A DNA stretch of 63,499 bases, filler included, from Chiloscyllium plagiosum (lineage: Eukaryota), in the NCBI RefSeq assembly GCF_004010195.1. It is 5 parts of one record of this genome, joined end to end, with 100 filler letters (N's around TTAATTAATTAA, not from the genome) between each part and the next. Parts side by side here need not be neighbours in the genome. Positions count along the whole stretch, not along the records: positions 1 to 21,978 come from NC_057714.1; 4 more parts are not named here. One strand, given 5' to 3'. The notes beneath the pieces are model-generated. The model was not told where the DNA came from and searched no databases. It worked only from the letters and a program-made list of their open reading frames with translations. The position numbers and the translations under genes were made by a program. Below are positions 1 to 13,160 of the stretch, piece after piece; within the stretch, counting starts at the first letter, position 1, and each line of letters begins with the position of its first letter.

Positions 1-1214
1 GACACAGACCCGGGGAATACCCAGCGACACAGACCCGGGGAATACCCAGTGACACAGACCCGGATAATCCCCAGGGATACAGAACCGGATAATGCCCAGC
101 GACACAGACCCGGGGAATAACCAGTGACACAGACCCGGGGAATACCCAGTGACACAGACCCGGGGAATATCCAGTGACACAGACCCGGGGAATAACCAGT
201 AACACAGACCCGGGGAATACCCAGTGACACAGACTTGGATAATACCCAACGACACAGACCCGGGGAATACCCAGTGACACAGACCCGGGGAATACCCAGT
301 AACACAGACCCGGGGAATACCCAGCGACACAGACCCGGGGAATACCCAGTGACACAGACCCGGGGAATACATAGTGACACAGACCCGGGGAATATCCAGT
401 GACACAGACCCGGGGAATACCCAGTGACACAGACTCGGATAATACCCAGTGACACAGACCCAGGGAATACCCAGTGACACAGACTTGGATAATACCCAAC
501 GACACAGACCCGGGGAATACCCAGCGACACAGACCCGGGGAATACCCAGTGACACAGACCCGGGGAATACCCAGTAACACAGACCCGGGGAATACCCAGC
601 GACACAGACCCGGGGAATACCCAGTGACACAGACCCGGGGAATATCCAGTGACACAGACCCGGGGAATACCCAGTGACACAGACTCGGATAATACCCAGT
701 GACACAGACCCAGGGAATACCCAGTAACACAGACCCGGGGAATACCCAGTGACACAGACCCAGGGATTATCCAGTGACACATACCCGGATAACAGTCAGT
801 GACACAGACCCGTGAATACAAAACGAAACAGACCCGGATAATCCCCAGGGATACAGAACCGGATAATGCCCAGCGACACAGACCCAGGGAATACCCAGTG
901 ACACAGACCTGGGGATTACCCAGTGACACAGACCTGGGGAGTACCCAGTGACACAGACCCGGATAATACACAGTGACACAGACTTGGGGAGTACCCAGTG
1001 ACACAGACCCGGATAATACCCAGTGACACAGACCTGGGGATTACCCAGTGACACAGACCTGGGGATTACCCAGTGACACAGACCTGGGGAGTACCCAGTG
1101 ACACAGACCCGGATAATACCCAGTGACACAGACCTGGGGATTACCCAGTGACACAGACCTGGGGAGTACCCAGTGACACAGACCCGGATAATACCCAGTG
1201 ACACAGACCTGGGG
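1..1214. repeat. 25-bp minisatellite, about 48 copies, consensus GACACAGACCCGGGGAATACCCAGT; runs off the window start
   Basis: Direct 25-nt periodicity with recurrent variant units (CGGATAATAC, TGGGGATTAC, TGGGGAGTAC). Confidence 0.97.
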
Positions 1215-1215
1215 C

Positions 1216-1634
1216 CAGCTCCCAATCCTGATGCCCTTGCAGCCACGTCTCCGTGATGCCCACCACGTCATACCTGCCAATTTTGATCTGTGCCACACGC
1301 TCAATTACCTTATTCCTTATACTGTGTGCATTCAGATATAACCCCTTCAGTCCTGTTTTAATCGTCCCTCTTTTCATTGTCATTCGTTTGTCCAGTATGC
1401 TTGAAGTTTGTTTGCTAACCCTTTCCATACACTCTGTCCTATTTGTGTCTGTGCTGGAGACTTTAATAACCTCTCCTGAGTTCTGCACTCTTACCTCCCT
1501 CCTTTAATTTGGATTTTTAATTTCCCCTATAATTGAACCCTACTCCCCAACCTTCTTATTTTGTTTAAAGATCTGTCCAGAGCCCCAGTTATGTGATTCA
1601 CTCGGCGTCTTGTCCCAGCACGGTTCAGATGAAG
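1216..1634 (-). mobile_element. CR1 LINE internal fragment: end of ORF1 and start of ORF2 (AP endonuclease)
   Basis: LKGLYLNAHSIRNK...YDVVGITETWL is the APE N-terminus; upstream LHLN motif of the ORF1 esterase. Truncated at the minisatellite. Confidence 0.85.
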
Positions 1635-1639
1635 ATGAA

Positions 1640-2070
1640 GGAAGGCTGGGTTGATGTTGGAGGGGGTCCAGAGGAGGTTTATCAGAAAGGTCCCAGGGAT
1701 AAAGGACTTGTCTTATGAGGAGCGGTTGAGGATGCTGGGTCTGTACTCAATAGAGTTTCGAAGGATGAGGGGGGGATCTGATTGAAGCTTACAGGATACT
1801 GAGAGGCCTGGAGAGAGTGGACGTGAAGAAGATGTTTCCATGAGTAGGAGAGACTAGGACCCGAGGGCACAGCCTCCGAGGGAAGGGACAACCCTTCAGA
1901 GCAGAGAGGAGCAGGAACGTCTTCAGCCAGAGGGTGGGGAATCTGTGGGTGTTATTGCCACAGAAGGCCAAGTCATTGAGTGTCTTTAAGACAGAGAGAG
2001 ATAGCTTCTTGATTAGAAAAGAGGTCAAGGGTTGCAAAGAGAACACAGGGGAATGGGGTTGAGAAACATA
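1640..2070 (+). mobile_element. CR1 LINE 3' fragment (decayed ORF2 C-terminus)
   Basis: LEGVQRRF...LSYEERLRMLGLYSIEFRRMRGDLIE...TRTRGHSL motifs with stops. Confidence 0.85.
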
Positions 2071-2662
2071 GAGTCATAGTGAGTGGAGAGTTTTACAGCA
2101 TGGAAACAGGCCCTTCAGCCCAACTTGCCCATGCCAGCCAGTTTTCACAGTTCAGTCCAGTCCCATTTGCTTGTGTTTGCTCCATAACCCTCCAGCCCTA
2201 CCCTATCCATGTACCTGTCTATGTGTTTCTTAAATGATGAAATTCTACTCACTTTCACCACTACCTCAGGCATTCCCCACCCTCTGCAATAAGAAGGGTT
2301 TGACACAAGTGGTGATAAAATATGAGAACTGATTGCATATTTCAACTTGCAATGTGTAGGATTGAAGATTTGTATGTGTTTGGGAGGGATTGATATTGGT
2401 GTCTGTGTGAGGGAATGCAGGGGCGTAGGCGTCAGGTTGAAATTGTATGAATCAATTGGACGTTTCAGTGGTTTAAGGCAAGCTCAGTGTTTTTATTATC
2501 TTAGTGCTATTGTGCTAAGTGGTTATATTGAGTGAATCTAATTGTAATTGGTGCATTATATTTTCAAATCAAGTTAACCCACACATATCATAGCTGTATG
2601 GGTGAGTCAAGAAAAACTACAGGACATAAATCGGTCACTTCAGAAATCATGTCAATTATGTT

Positions 2663-2967
2663 TAGATTAGATTCCCTACAGTGTGGAAACAAGCCCTTCA
2701 GTCCAACAAGTCCACACCGACCCTCTGAACAGTAACCCACCCAGACCCATTTCCCTCTGACTAATGCACCTAACAGTATGGGCAATGTAGCATGGCCAAT
2801 TCACCTGACCTGCACATCTTTGAACTGTGAGTGGAAACCGGAGCACCTGGAGAGAACCAACACAGAAAGAATGTGCAAACTTCTCACAGACAGTCACCTA
2901 AGGCTGGAATCGAACCTGGGTCCCTGGTGCTGTGAGGCAGCAGTGCTAACCACTGAGCCACTGTGCC
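2663..2967 (-). mobile_element. HE1-type elasmobranch SINE
   Basis: tRNA-like head (GGCACAGTGGCTCAGTGGTTAGCACTGCTGCCTCACAGC..GGTTCGATTCC), V-domain body and (TCTAA)n tail. More than 15 related copies lie in the window. Confidence 0.85.
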
Positions 2968-3094
2968 AACTCCAGCTTTTGGTCTCAGCTGACACTTCAG
3001 AGAGTTGTGAACACAGCCCAGTCCATCGTCCATCACACAAACTGATCCCCCGTCCTTTAACTCTGTCTACACTTCTCACTGCTTTGGGAAGGCT

Positions 3095-3267
3095 GGAGAC
3101 AGTGAGGACTGCAGATGCTGGAGATCAGAGTTGAGAGTGTGGTGCTGGAAAAGCACAGCAGGTCAGGCAGCATCCGAGGAGCAGGAGAATCGACATTTTG
3201 GGCATAAGCTTCATGTTGAAGGGCTTATGCCCAGAACGTCGATTCTCCTGCTCCTCAGATGCTGCCT
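3095..3267. mobile_element. Penelope-like terminal repeat family A, inverted (palindromic) pair
   Basis: ..GCAGCATCCGAGGAGCAGGAGAATCGAC..GGGCATAAGC followed by its reverse complement GAAGGGCTTATGCCC..CGTCGATTCTCCTGCTCCTCAGATGCTGCC. Confidence 0.7.
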
Positions 3268-3997
3268 CGGGAAAGGCAACCCAACACCATATTAGCCCCC
3301 TCTCACCCCGGTTAGAATTTCCTCCAACCTCTTCCATCAGGCAGAAGGTACAAAAGCTTAAACACACGTACCAACCGATTCAAGAACAGCCTCTTCCCTG
3401 CTGTTATCAGACTGCTGAGTGTACCTCTCAAACTTTAAATTTAATGTTGATCTTGATTTTACCAGTTTGACTCCAGATTAAGACACTGACAAACTCCCAA
3501 CAAGACCTCACACCTAAAATACATTGTCTGACCAGAGGGGTCACCTCCATTATATTGATAACACTTCAAGTTATCTCAGGGCAGTGGCTGGAAAGAAGTT
3601 CACATATTAATCAATTGAAACCTGCACCACTATTCTAACTGATTAAAGATTTAACAGCCACCATAGGCATGTTCAATTCATTTACATGAGTTATATGAGC
3701 CTTTGATATTTTCCTTATAAACTCTATGGCTATGGTCTTCCTCTCTCACTAGTACCTGGTGAAGGCGCAGCGCTCCGAAAGCTAGTGTTTTCGAATAAAC
3801 CGGTTGAACTATAACCTGCTGTCGTGCGATCTTTGACTTTGGTTTTTTTTGTACACCTTCTCTGCAACTATGACATTGTATTCCTTGCTCTGTTCAATCA
3901 TCTTGTGATCTTTGTACGGTATGGTCTGCCTGTACTGCACGCAGAACAAAACTTTTCACTGTATCTAGGTACATGTGACAATAATAAATCAAATCAA
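3268..3997 (+). mobile_element. Rex1/Babar-like LINE 3' end, interrupted by a Penelope-like family B end (about 3468-3840)
   Basis: LPSGRRY-like segment and RFKNS-F-P-V-R-L motif; tail GTGACAATAATAAATCAAATCAAA. The insert has GAAGGCGCAGCGCTCCGAAAGCTAGTG. Confidence 0.65.
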
Positions 3998-4324
3998 AAA
4001 CACTTCAAGAGTCAAAAATCCGCCCCTACATCCTTGCAATTTTGTTGCATCTTCCTCTATCTTCACTTTTCTCGCATTTGAAATCCTCAGCAGATCTGAG
4101 ATTCTGCGAGCAATTACTTCAGTGGCAAAGCAGACTCAATGGGCTTGAATAGCCTTCTTCTGCCTTACAGTCATTGCACACTCCTGCTTCCCTACCTTCT
4201 AACTTAGAGTCATAGAAATGTGCAGCACGGAAACAGGCCCGAGATGGGAATTGAACACTGGTCCCTGGAGCTATGAGGCAGCAGCGCTAACCACTGAGCC
4301 ACCACCATCATGGCCTCATGGTCA

Positions 4325-4735
4325 TACAGTCATAGAGTCATAGAGATGTACAGCATGGAAACAGACCCTTCGGTCCAACCCGTCCATGCTGACCCAGATA
4401 TCCCAACCTAATCTAGTCCCACCTGCCAGCACCTGGCCCATATCCCTCCAAACCCTTCCTATTCATATACCCATCCAAATGCCTCTTAAATATTGCAATT
4501 GTACCAGCCTTCACCACTATTTACCCTATCCATGCCCCTCATGATTTTATAAACTTCTATAAGGTCACACCTCAGCCTCCGACGCTCCAGGGAAAACAGC
4601 CCCAGCCTGTTCAGCCTCTCCCTGTAGCTCAGATCCTCCAACCCTGGCAACATCCTTGTAAATCTTTTCTGAACCTTTTCAAGTTTCACAACATCTTTCC
4701 GATAGGTAGGAGACCAGAATTGCACGCAGTATTCT
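4325..4735 (-). mobile_element. CR1 (HER1-type) LINE 3' fragment
   Basis: EYCVQFWSPTYRKDVVKLEKVQKRFTRMLPGLEDLSYRERLNRLGLFSLERRRLR; (CTATGACT)n tail. Confidence 0.9.
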
Positions 4736-5011
4736 GACTTGCTTGCCTTGACATTTGAACCCACCTCATTTCTGCGCCCTCCCCTCCCCAACCCCCAACC
4801 CAAGAGTGGAAGCAGGTCATTCAGCCTGTCGGGGCCACATTAACCCTCCGAAGAGCATCCCATTCAGACCCACCCAAATCCCTGCATTTCCCATGACCAA
4901 TCCACCCTAACCTGTACATCTTTGGATTGTGGGTGGAAACCCACGCAGGCACAAGGAGAATGTGCAAACTCCACACAGACAGTTGCCTGAGGTTGGAATT
5001 GAACTGTGTGT

Positions 5012-5500
5012 TATTGAGGTTTACAAAATCATGGAGGGCATGGATAGGGTGAATAGACAAGGTCTTTTCCTTGGAGTGGGGGAGTTCAGAACTAGAGGCC
5101 ATGGGTTTAATGTGAGAGGGGAAAAGATTTAAAAGGGACCGGTTTCCTTCCATAGTCCAAAGATCAGCAGTTAAGTGAATTGGCCATGCGAAATTGCTAG
5201 GAGGGTCGGTGTGGACTTGTTGGGCTGAAGGGCCTGTTTCCATACTATCGGGAATTGAATCTAATCTAACTTTTTCACGCAGAGTGTGGTGTGTGTATGG
5301 AATGAGCTGCCAGAGGAAGTATTGGAGGCTGGTACAATTACAAAGTTTAAAAGCCATCTGGATGGGTACATAAATAGGAAAGGTTTAGAAGGATAGTGGC
5401 CAAGAGCTAACAAAAGGGACTAGATTAGGTTAGGATATCTGGGTCAGCATGGACGAGTTGGACTGAAGGGTCTGTTTCCATGCTGTAATCTCTATCACTC
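5012..5500 (+). mobile_element. CR1 (HER1-type) LINE 3' fragment with an inserted HE1 piece
   Basis: IEVYKIMEGMDRVNRQGLF...TRGH motif, then the HER1 3' UTR. Confidence 0.8.
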
Positions 5501-6659
5501 TTTAAGGTCACCCAGCACATGGGATGGGAAGGGGTGGGAGGTGGAGAACTGGAACTGAAGGGCAATTAAATCAAAATATCTAGTCTGTGTGTGCAAGGCT
5601 GATCACCATTTTGCAATACCCTACTCCCAAGTAGGTCAAACAAACCAGTGACAGGTAGCATCTGCTGCGAGCTGGCCACCATCTGAGCTACCATATGTCA
5701 ATGAAGGATAGATGCCATTCAGTTTAGCACACTGGGAACATGCAACAGGCAGAGTGAACAGCGTGATTCAGACTTGCTTTAATCCGTCCAGCCCTCAAAC
5801 CTTCCGAGGATTTGACTTTGCTCAGATTCTCGCCTCTTGCGTGTGTCCAGTTTCCACCGGCCGACAATGGGCAGCCACCCCTTCAGCTGCCAGCGATATA
5901 GAATCCTCTCCAGAAATTTCCGAGTGTCTGCCCTTTGACTTGCCTTGAAACCCATCCTTTCCTCTCAAGGCCTGCTCTTAGCATCTCCTTGTGTGGTTCA
6001 CTGTCAAATCTGCCTCTGATTAGGCTCCTACAGACTGATTGCCATTTTAAAGGATGCTCTATAAATGCAAGACGTTGTTTTTCTCAAATGCTGGCCCCTT
6101 CATGTTTCTCTCTTTGTCAGAGAGAATCCAAAAGCCTGCACTTGATACTTGAGAAACACATGACGTGAATATAGCTGTTGTTGTGCCTAAACCAGCAGCT
6201 CTACCGAGGTGACACTGTTTCACACAAGGACAGGGGGCCTCTCCCCTCATTCTCACACTGATCCATCCAACAACCTCACAAAAGCAGACCCTTCGATCAT
6301 TATCGGACTGTACTGTCTACTTGGCTTGCACGAGAATCACACACATAGTGCAGCAGGAAGCCATTCAGCCCATCATGCCTTCACCAGTTCTCTTTCTGGT
6401 CAATGACCTGTCTTATTAGGTTAGATTCCCTACAGTGTGGAAATAGGCCCTTCGGCCCAACAAGTCCACACCGACCCTCCGAAGAGTAACCCACCCAGAC
6501 CCATTTCCCCTCTGACCATTGTACCTCATACCATGGGCAATCTAGCATGGCCAATTCACCTGCCCTTCACATCCTTGGACCATGGGGGGAAACTGGAGCA
6601 CCCGGAGGGGACCCATGCAGACACGGGGAGAATGCACAAACTCCACACACACACAGTCT

Positions 6660-7307
6660 CCCTCATGATTTTGTAAACCTTTATAAAGTCACCCCTCAGC
6701 CTCCGACGTTCCAGGGAAAACAGCCCCAGCCTGCTCAGCCTCTCCCTACAGCTCAAATCCTCCAACATCCTTGTAAATTTTTTCTGCACCCTTTAAAGTT
6801 TCACAACATCTTTCCGATTGGAAGAAGACCAGAATTGCGCGCAATATTCCAAAAGTGGCCTAACCAATGTCCTGTACAGCCACAACATGACCTCTCAACT
6901 CCTGTACTCAAAACTCTGACCAATAAAGGAAAACATACCAAATGCCTTCTTCATTATCCTATCTACCTGCGATTCCAATTTTGGTGTCATCTGCAAACTT
7001 ACTAACTATACCTCTTCTGCTCACATCCAAATCATTTACATAAACGATGAAAAGTAGTGGACCCAGCACCGATCCTTGTGGCACTCCACTGGTAGCAGGC
7101 CTCCAGTCTGAAAAACAACCCTCCACCACCACCTTCTGTCTTCTACCTTTGAGCCAGTTCTGTATCCAAATGGCTAGTTCTCCCTGTATTCTTTGAGATC
7201 TAACCTTGCTCACCAGTCTCCCATGGGGAAACTTGTCGAATGCCTTACCGAAGTCCATATAGATCACATCTACTGGTCTGCCCTCTTCAATCTTCTTTGT
7301 TACTTCT
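6660..7307 (-). mobile_element. CR1 ORF2 reverse transcriptase fragment, flanked by HE1 SINE pieces (6417-6655, 7310-7530)
   Basis: [14 protein letters not shown]...[14 protein letters not shown]...SKFADDTK are non-LTR RT motifs. Confidence 0.92.
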
Positions 7308-8599
7308 AACCTAATCAATCTAACCTGCACATCCCTAAGCACTATGGAAAATTTCCCATGGCCAATTCATCTAACCTGCACGCCTTTGGATTGTGGGAGG
7401 AAACCGGAGCACCTGGAGGAAACCCACACAGACACAGGGAGAACGTGCAAACTCAACACAGTCACCTGAGGGTGGAATCAAACCCAGGTCCCTGGCGCTG
7501 TAAGGCGCTAATCACTGAGCCACCGTGTCCTACCCTAGCCAGCTCTCTCATGATTTTAAAAACCTCAATCAAATCGCCATTGTACTAGAACTCAAACCGC
7601 CAACCCACAAACATCCGTGCACGTGAAAGCAGCACAGAAACCATACTTTCCTGACTCCTTTCCCTCACCCAGAAACACAACAACCGACTAGCGTCAGAGC
7701 ACACTGAGTTCCCAGGGTGGTATTCTCCCTTCCAATTCAATGGTCCTCACTGTAACCCATGGGGTGGCACGGTGGCTCAATGGTTAGCACTGCTGCCTCA
7801 CAGCTCCTGGGACCCGGGTTCAATTCTAGCATTGGGTGACTGTCTGTGTGGAGTTTGCACATTCTCCCAGTGTTTCTTCCCACAGTCCGAAGATTACGCA
7901 GGCTAGGTGGATTGGCCATTGGAAATGCAGAGAGATAGGGTAAGGGTGGGTTGCTCTTTGGAGGGCTGGTGTGGGCTGAATGGCCCGCTTCCACACTGTA
8001 GGGGTCTTATGATACAAACTTCTAGATAGGAACCAAAAGAATTGCAGATGATGCGGTCAAATACTGGCAAGCAGGACAAGATTGGGTTGGTATATCTGAT
8101 CGGCATGGGCGGGTTGGACTGAAGAGTTTGTTTCCGTGCTGCACATCCCTGTGTAAATCAGAGACAGAAGCCAAAGTTGCTGGAAAAAGCTCAGCAGGTC
8201 TGGCAGCATCTGTGTGGAGAGAGATCAGAGTTAACGTTTCACGTCAAGTGATCCTTCCTCAAAACTGAGTCTCCAACAATTTCTACTTCTGTCTCATCAT
8301 TACTACGCTGTTGCTTTGCCAACTGGGCCGAGCCAGAGTGAGATTAATCCCGGTACAGCATCACCTTGCGTGACAGGCGTGACACAGACAGGTGAAAGGG
8401 GCTGTCCTGTGATGACAGGTTGGGCCTGATCCTTCGAGGAATTGACAGCGAGATGCCAGGCAGATCCTCCTTGGGAAAACTCTCAAAATAACCAAGAGAT
8501 AGAGGAGGAACTTTTTCTCTCAGAGAGTGGTGAACCTGTGGAGTCTTTTTTACGACCAAAGACTTTGGAAGCTGGGCCGTTAAGTATATTCAAAGTTAG

Positions 8600-8893
8600 G
8601 TCACACAACCCCAGGTTATAGTCCAACAGGTTTATTTGGAAGGAGAAAGTGAGGTCTGCAGATGCTGGAGATCAGAGATGGAAATGTGTTGCTGGAAAAG
8701 CGCAGCAGGTCAGGCAGCATCTAGGGAACAGGAGAATCGACGTTTCAGGCATTAGCCCTTCTTCAGGAATGAGGAAAGTTTATTTGGAAGCCCTAGCTTT
8801 CGGAGCGCTGCTCCAACAACCTGTTGGACTATAACCTGGGGTTGTGTGATTTTTAACTTTGTCCTCCCCAGTCCAACACCGGCACCTCCACAT
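8600..8893. mobile_element. Penelope-like family B inverted pair with a nested family A copy (8643-8777)
   Basis: CCAGGTTATAGTCCAACAGG..CCTGTTGGACTATAACCTGG inverted arms. The nested copy is flanked by duplicated GTTTATTTGGAAG. Confidence 0.7.
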
Positions 8894-8954
8894 CACGAGT
8901 ATATTCAAGGCTGGGGGAGACAAAATTTTAATCAGGAAGGGAATCAAGGGTCAC

Positions 8955-9470
8955 AAACAAACACGGGCATTGCTGGAAAAGCTCAGCAGGTCTGGTCGCA
9001 TCGTCAAAGAGAGAAAGCAGTTAACACTTTGGGTCAAGTGACACTTCGTCAGAGCTAATTGTGGCAAGGAAAGGGTTGGGATTTATGCTGGAGGACAGGT
9101 GAAGGAGTGGGGGAATGAACCGCTGCCAACAGGGACCATTATTGGCTGACAGTGGGTAGTGTGTGGTAAGTAGCCCATACGGAGACAAGGACTTAATGCT
9201 TAGAGAGTCGTGTAAGGACATGGGAGAACGTGCTTCTAGCCCTAAAGTATTGAACTCGATATTAAGTCCTGAAGATTGTTGAGTTACCAAGTGGAAAATG
9301 TAGAGCTGTTTTTCCAGCTTGCACTGAGCTTCACTGGAGCACTGCAGCAAGCCTGAGACAGAGATGTTGGCCAGGGAACAGGGGTGGGGTGTTAAGGTGG
9401 CACCAACTGGAAGCTCAGGGTCCTATTTTTGCGGACAGAATGTAGGTGTCCTGAGAAGCCATCAGCCAGT
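8955..9470 (-). mobile_element. Penelope-like element 3' end (C-terminus of the GIY-YIG region plus terminal repeat)
   Basis: LQCSSEAQCKLEKQLYIFHLVTQQSSGLNIEFN, followed by CTGACGAAGTGTCACTTGACCCAAA..GACCTGCTGAGCTTTTCCAGCA. Confidence 0.7.
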
Positions 9471-9984
9471 CTACACTGCATCTCCCTCAGTCAAGGATAA
9501 TGGGGAAAGGACAAGAGGAGTGGAGCTGAAGATTATCAGATCAGCCACAATCTCATTGAATACTGCAGCAGAATCGATGGGCTGAATGGCCTACTGTCTT
9601 ATGGTCCTTTGCTATTGGCAGGGCGGCTGGGGATCGGGTGAAATTGTCGATCTAATTCAATAGATTTATGAAGTTAAAAAGAATGAAGACAATAGCTAAT
9701 CAAGCTTTGAATGTAATACTTTACATTGATATTATTGTTGGTCGTTGTTCCTCTTAAAGTGCAGATTCATTTTCTTTCCTGGCACACAGCAATCAGACCT
9801 TAGGAACTTGGGTAAAACTTTCCAACCGTGATGCTGCTTGGTGTATCTCATTTGGCATCTAACAATTCATCCATCACACAGTGGAATGCTAAAAGGAGCT
9901 ACTGATGAGCCCTAGCACTGAGTTTCTATCATCTATATTACAAAGGGATTTGAGAAAACCATATTCGGTCCAAGCCAAATAGTT

Positions 9985-10915
9985 AATCATTGTAGCCAAA
10001 TTTGCCGATGATGCTTAAGTAGGTGGGATAGCGGGTTGCAGGGAAGAAAGGAGACATTTACAAGTGGGTATCAGTGACTGGGTCAAAGTTTGACAGATCA
10101 GGTGGAGTGTGGACAAGTGCGAGCTTATCCATTTCGGTCAGAGGTTTGGAAAGGCAACTTATTTTCGAAATGGAGAAGGACTTCCAAGTCTTTCGGTGCA
10201 GAGGGATCTGAGTGTCCTTGGGCATTACACTCAGTAACCATAATATTGTGCAAAAGATTAGTATGGAGGTTCGGCAGGTAATAAGGAAGGCAAATGGAAT
10301 TTTGATGTTTATTGCAAAAGGAATAGAGTATAAAAGTAGGAAGGTTTCTACAAGGCATTTATTAGACTCCACCCAGAACACTGCCCACAGTTTTGGCCTT
10401 GAGAAGGGACATTGTTGTATTGGGGTCAGTTCCGAGGAGATTGATTCCAGAGATGAGGGGCTCGTCTATTGAGGAGAGATTGAGAATTTAGGCCAATACT
10501 CTCTGGAGTTTAGAAGAACGAAAGGCGATGTAATTCAGGTAAATAAGCTGCTAAAGAGGATTGACAATGCAGTCATAGAGAGGGTGTTTCCTGACGTGGA
10601 GCAATCTATAACGAGAGCTCATCGTTCTAGGATGAGGGCCAGCAGATTTTAAACAGGGATGAGGACAAATTACTTCCTTGAGAGGATCGTGATGCTGCAG
10701 AATTCACCACCTCCCCCCACCCCACCCCCAAGAGTGTGGTGGATGCTGGGACATTGAGTACATTTAAGGAGGCGATAGATAGGTTTTTATTTCGTAACAG
10801 GTTAAAGGGTTATGGAGAGTGGGCAGGAAAGTGGAGTCGGGACTGAGATGGTTGGATTAAAGAGCAGGGCAAGCTTGTGGGGCTGAATGGCCTCCTCCTG
10901 CTCCTAGCCCTTATA
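9985..10915 (+). mobile_element. Decayed CR1 LINE ORF2 C-terminal part and 3' UTR
   Basis: AKFADD, VIRKANGILMFIAKGIEYKS, LGQYSLEFRR motifs with frameshifts. Confidence 0.85.
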
Positions 10916-12361
10916 TTAACTGGCTAAAATAAATCGAGTTTTCTAATTATTTTGAGCCGTTATCGCACCTGCCCTATAAATTCTAATGTCAATGCAAGAA
11001 ACATCAGGATCATCCACAATTAATGAGTTTCAAAACGGAAGGTTTTCATGGTGTGAGTGATAGCGTTGAAGGAGATGATTTCACGGTTACTCTATGCAAG
11101 ATTTGCTTAGAAAAGAGCAAATTGTTACCTTAAAATAGTTCCTTACAGGGTCGACAGAAATATCGGAGACAGTGTATATTCTGAAAGAGGTAAGAGAGGT
11201 GATCAGGTATCATGGAGGGTGAGAATAAGCACAATCTTATTATTCCACCGAGTAACCATAATATTGTTCGCTCAGTCATTAAACGTTCCCATAAATTTAG
11301 ACATAACCTATTGGGAATCTGCCCAGGATATTCGGTCCAAGCTGGGGAATGTGTTTCGGTTCTGTCCCCAGGGACTGGACCCTCTCCCTTGCGGATGAAG
11401 TGGGGATCTGATTGACACGTATGGGATACTGAGAGGCCTGGAGAGAGTGGACGTGGAGAAGATGCTACCATGCATAGGAGAGACTAGGACCTGAGGACAC
11501 AGCCTCGGAGGGAAGGGACCACGCTTCAGAACTCAGATGGGGAGGACTTTCTTCAGCCAGAGGGTGGGGAATCTGGGGGGCTCATTGCCAAGTCACTGAG
11601 TGTAAAGACAGAGGTGGATAGGTTCTTGATTGGTGATTGGATCAAGGGTTACGAGGAGAAGGCAGGAGAACAGGGTTGGGAAACATATCAGCCATGATCG
11701 AATGGGGGAGCAGACTCAATGCGCTGAATGGCCTAATTACTGCTCCTATATCTCAGGGACATAAAGAGAGGTTGTGAACACATTGGTGAGTGCACAGAAA
11801 CAACTTACAAAAAAAGACTGAGGAACTTGCCTGAAGAGAATAGATCGAAGGGGTTGGAACCATTCTCCTTGGAGAGAAGTCTGGGAGGAGATTTGATCAG
11901 GGTTTTCAAAATGGTGCGTGGACTGGATGGAATAGATAGCCGTTCCTGCTTGTTGTAGGAACAAGAGCGAGAGGGCGTAGATTTAAAGCGATTGCCAAAG
12001 ACGCAAGGGAGATGTGAGGAACAATGTTTCTACCCAGTGAGTAGTTCAGGTCTAGGATGCGCTGCCTGGGAATGTGATGGAGGCAGGTTCAACTGAGGCA
12101 TCTGGAGGGATATTTGATGGTTATTTGGATGGATATGGTGTGCAGTGACGTGGATAAAAGGCAAGAGATTGGTATTACCTAATCGTACTGGTGCAGGAAC
12201 GATAGACTGAATGGTCTACGTCAGCACTGTAACAATTCTGCGAAAGACTATATTCCATGCTCTATGGCTCCATGATTCTATAATGATGATTCCAAGTGGG
12301 AAGCATGGGGCAGGCATGGCGAGTTCATTAAGCTGGAGATGAAATTCTGAAATCACCACGG

Positions 12362-12440
12362 TGTTGAAATAACACCACAGAGGCTGGTATCCCATCACCA
12401 AGTCACCCTTTATTTACATGTGGAGAGTCCCTGAGTCCAT
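12362..12440 (-). mobile_element. LTR fragment, probably of the adjacent Gypsy element
   Basis: TGTTGAAATAACACCACAGAGGCTGGTATCCCATCACCAAGTCACCCTTTATT has a TG terminus and minus-strand AATAAA. A homologous, longer copy lies at 56915-57115. Confidence 0.55.
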
Positions 12441-12604
12441 AGATGTGAGTCTCGAAAAATACAGCAGGCCAGACAGCATCCTAGGTGCAGGAAAGTCAAT
12501 GTTTCAGCCCACAATATTGACTGTCCTGCTTCTCAGATGCTGCCTGACCTGCTGTGCTTTTCCAGCACCACATTCTCGACTCTAATCTGCAGTCCTCCCT
12601 TTCT

Positions 12605-13160
12605 CCAGGTTTAACCTGGTGCAGAGTCTTCTCCCCATCAGCAACCCTGCTGGAGCTGTCCCTGTGGTTGTGTGAGGGTGTGGGGGGGTCCTATAATCAA
12701 ACAGGAACTGGGACAGTTTGGTATTTAGTGAGGCTGTGGGTTGTTTCTTTAAGCCGACCTTCAAAGTTTGGACGGTTCTTTCTACCAGACCATTGGATGA
12801 CGGGCTGTATGGAGCTGTCCTTATATGAGAAATACCATTGGATTTGAGGAAATACTCAAATTCCCTTCTGGTAAACAATGGCCCATTCTCTGTGACTAAT
12901 ACAGCCAGGAGCCCGGGTATTGCAAAAGATGCACCCAGTTTCTCGATCATCGACCCCATGTTTGATGATGAACTCTATGCACATTAAACCATATTGAGTG
13001 TGCGTCCACAATGACCAGAAAATTGAGTCCATGCAAGGACCTGCATAGCCGATGTGTATCTGAGTGCAGGGTTTACCTGGCTGTTCCCTTGAATGTGGGG
13101 GGAAGGCTGGTCATAGCTTTTGTCTGTTGGCACTCTGGGCAATGCCCCAGCAACACAGCT
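12605..13160 (-). mobile_element. Ty3/Gypsy LTR retrotransposon integrase remnant
   Basis: LVTENGPLF..EFEYFLKSNGISHIRTAPYSPSSNGLVERTVQTLK...FLFDYRT.PH.TTG.APA.LLMGR is the rve core and C-terminus. Upstream there is a degenerate HIxYAGP motif. Confidence 0.9.

Noticed and set aside
1..1214. CRISPR-like array or repetitive ORFs (474-677, 767-1246)
   Set aside because: Head-to-tail 25-bp units with no unique spacers, in vertebrate DNA. The ORFs are translations of the minisatellite.
3095..3267. Classifying the palindromic repeats as DNA-transposon MITEs
   Set aside because: Unequal arm lengths, long variable TSDs, hammerhead cores and linkage to GIY-YIG remnants point to Penelope-like retroelements.
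11129..11190. Exon-like splice signals on both strands
   Set aside because: Short, no recognisable peptide and no partner exons; compatible with chance.
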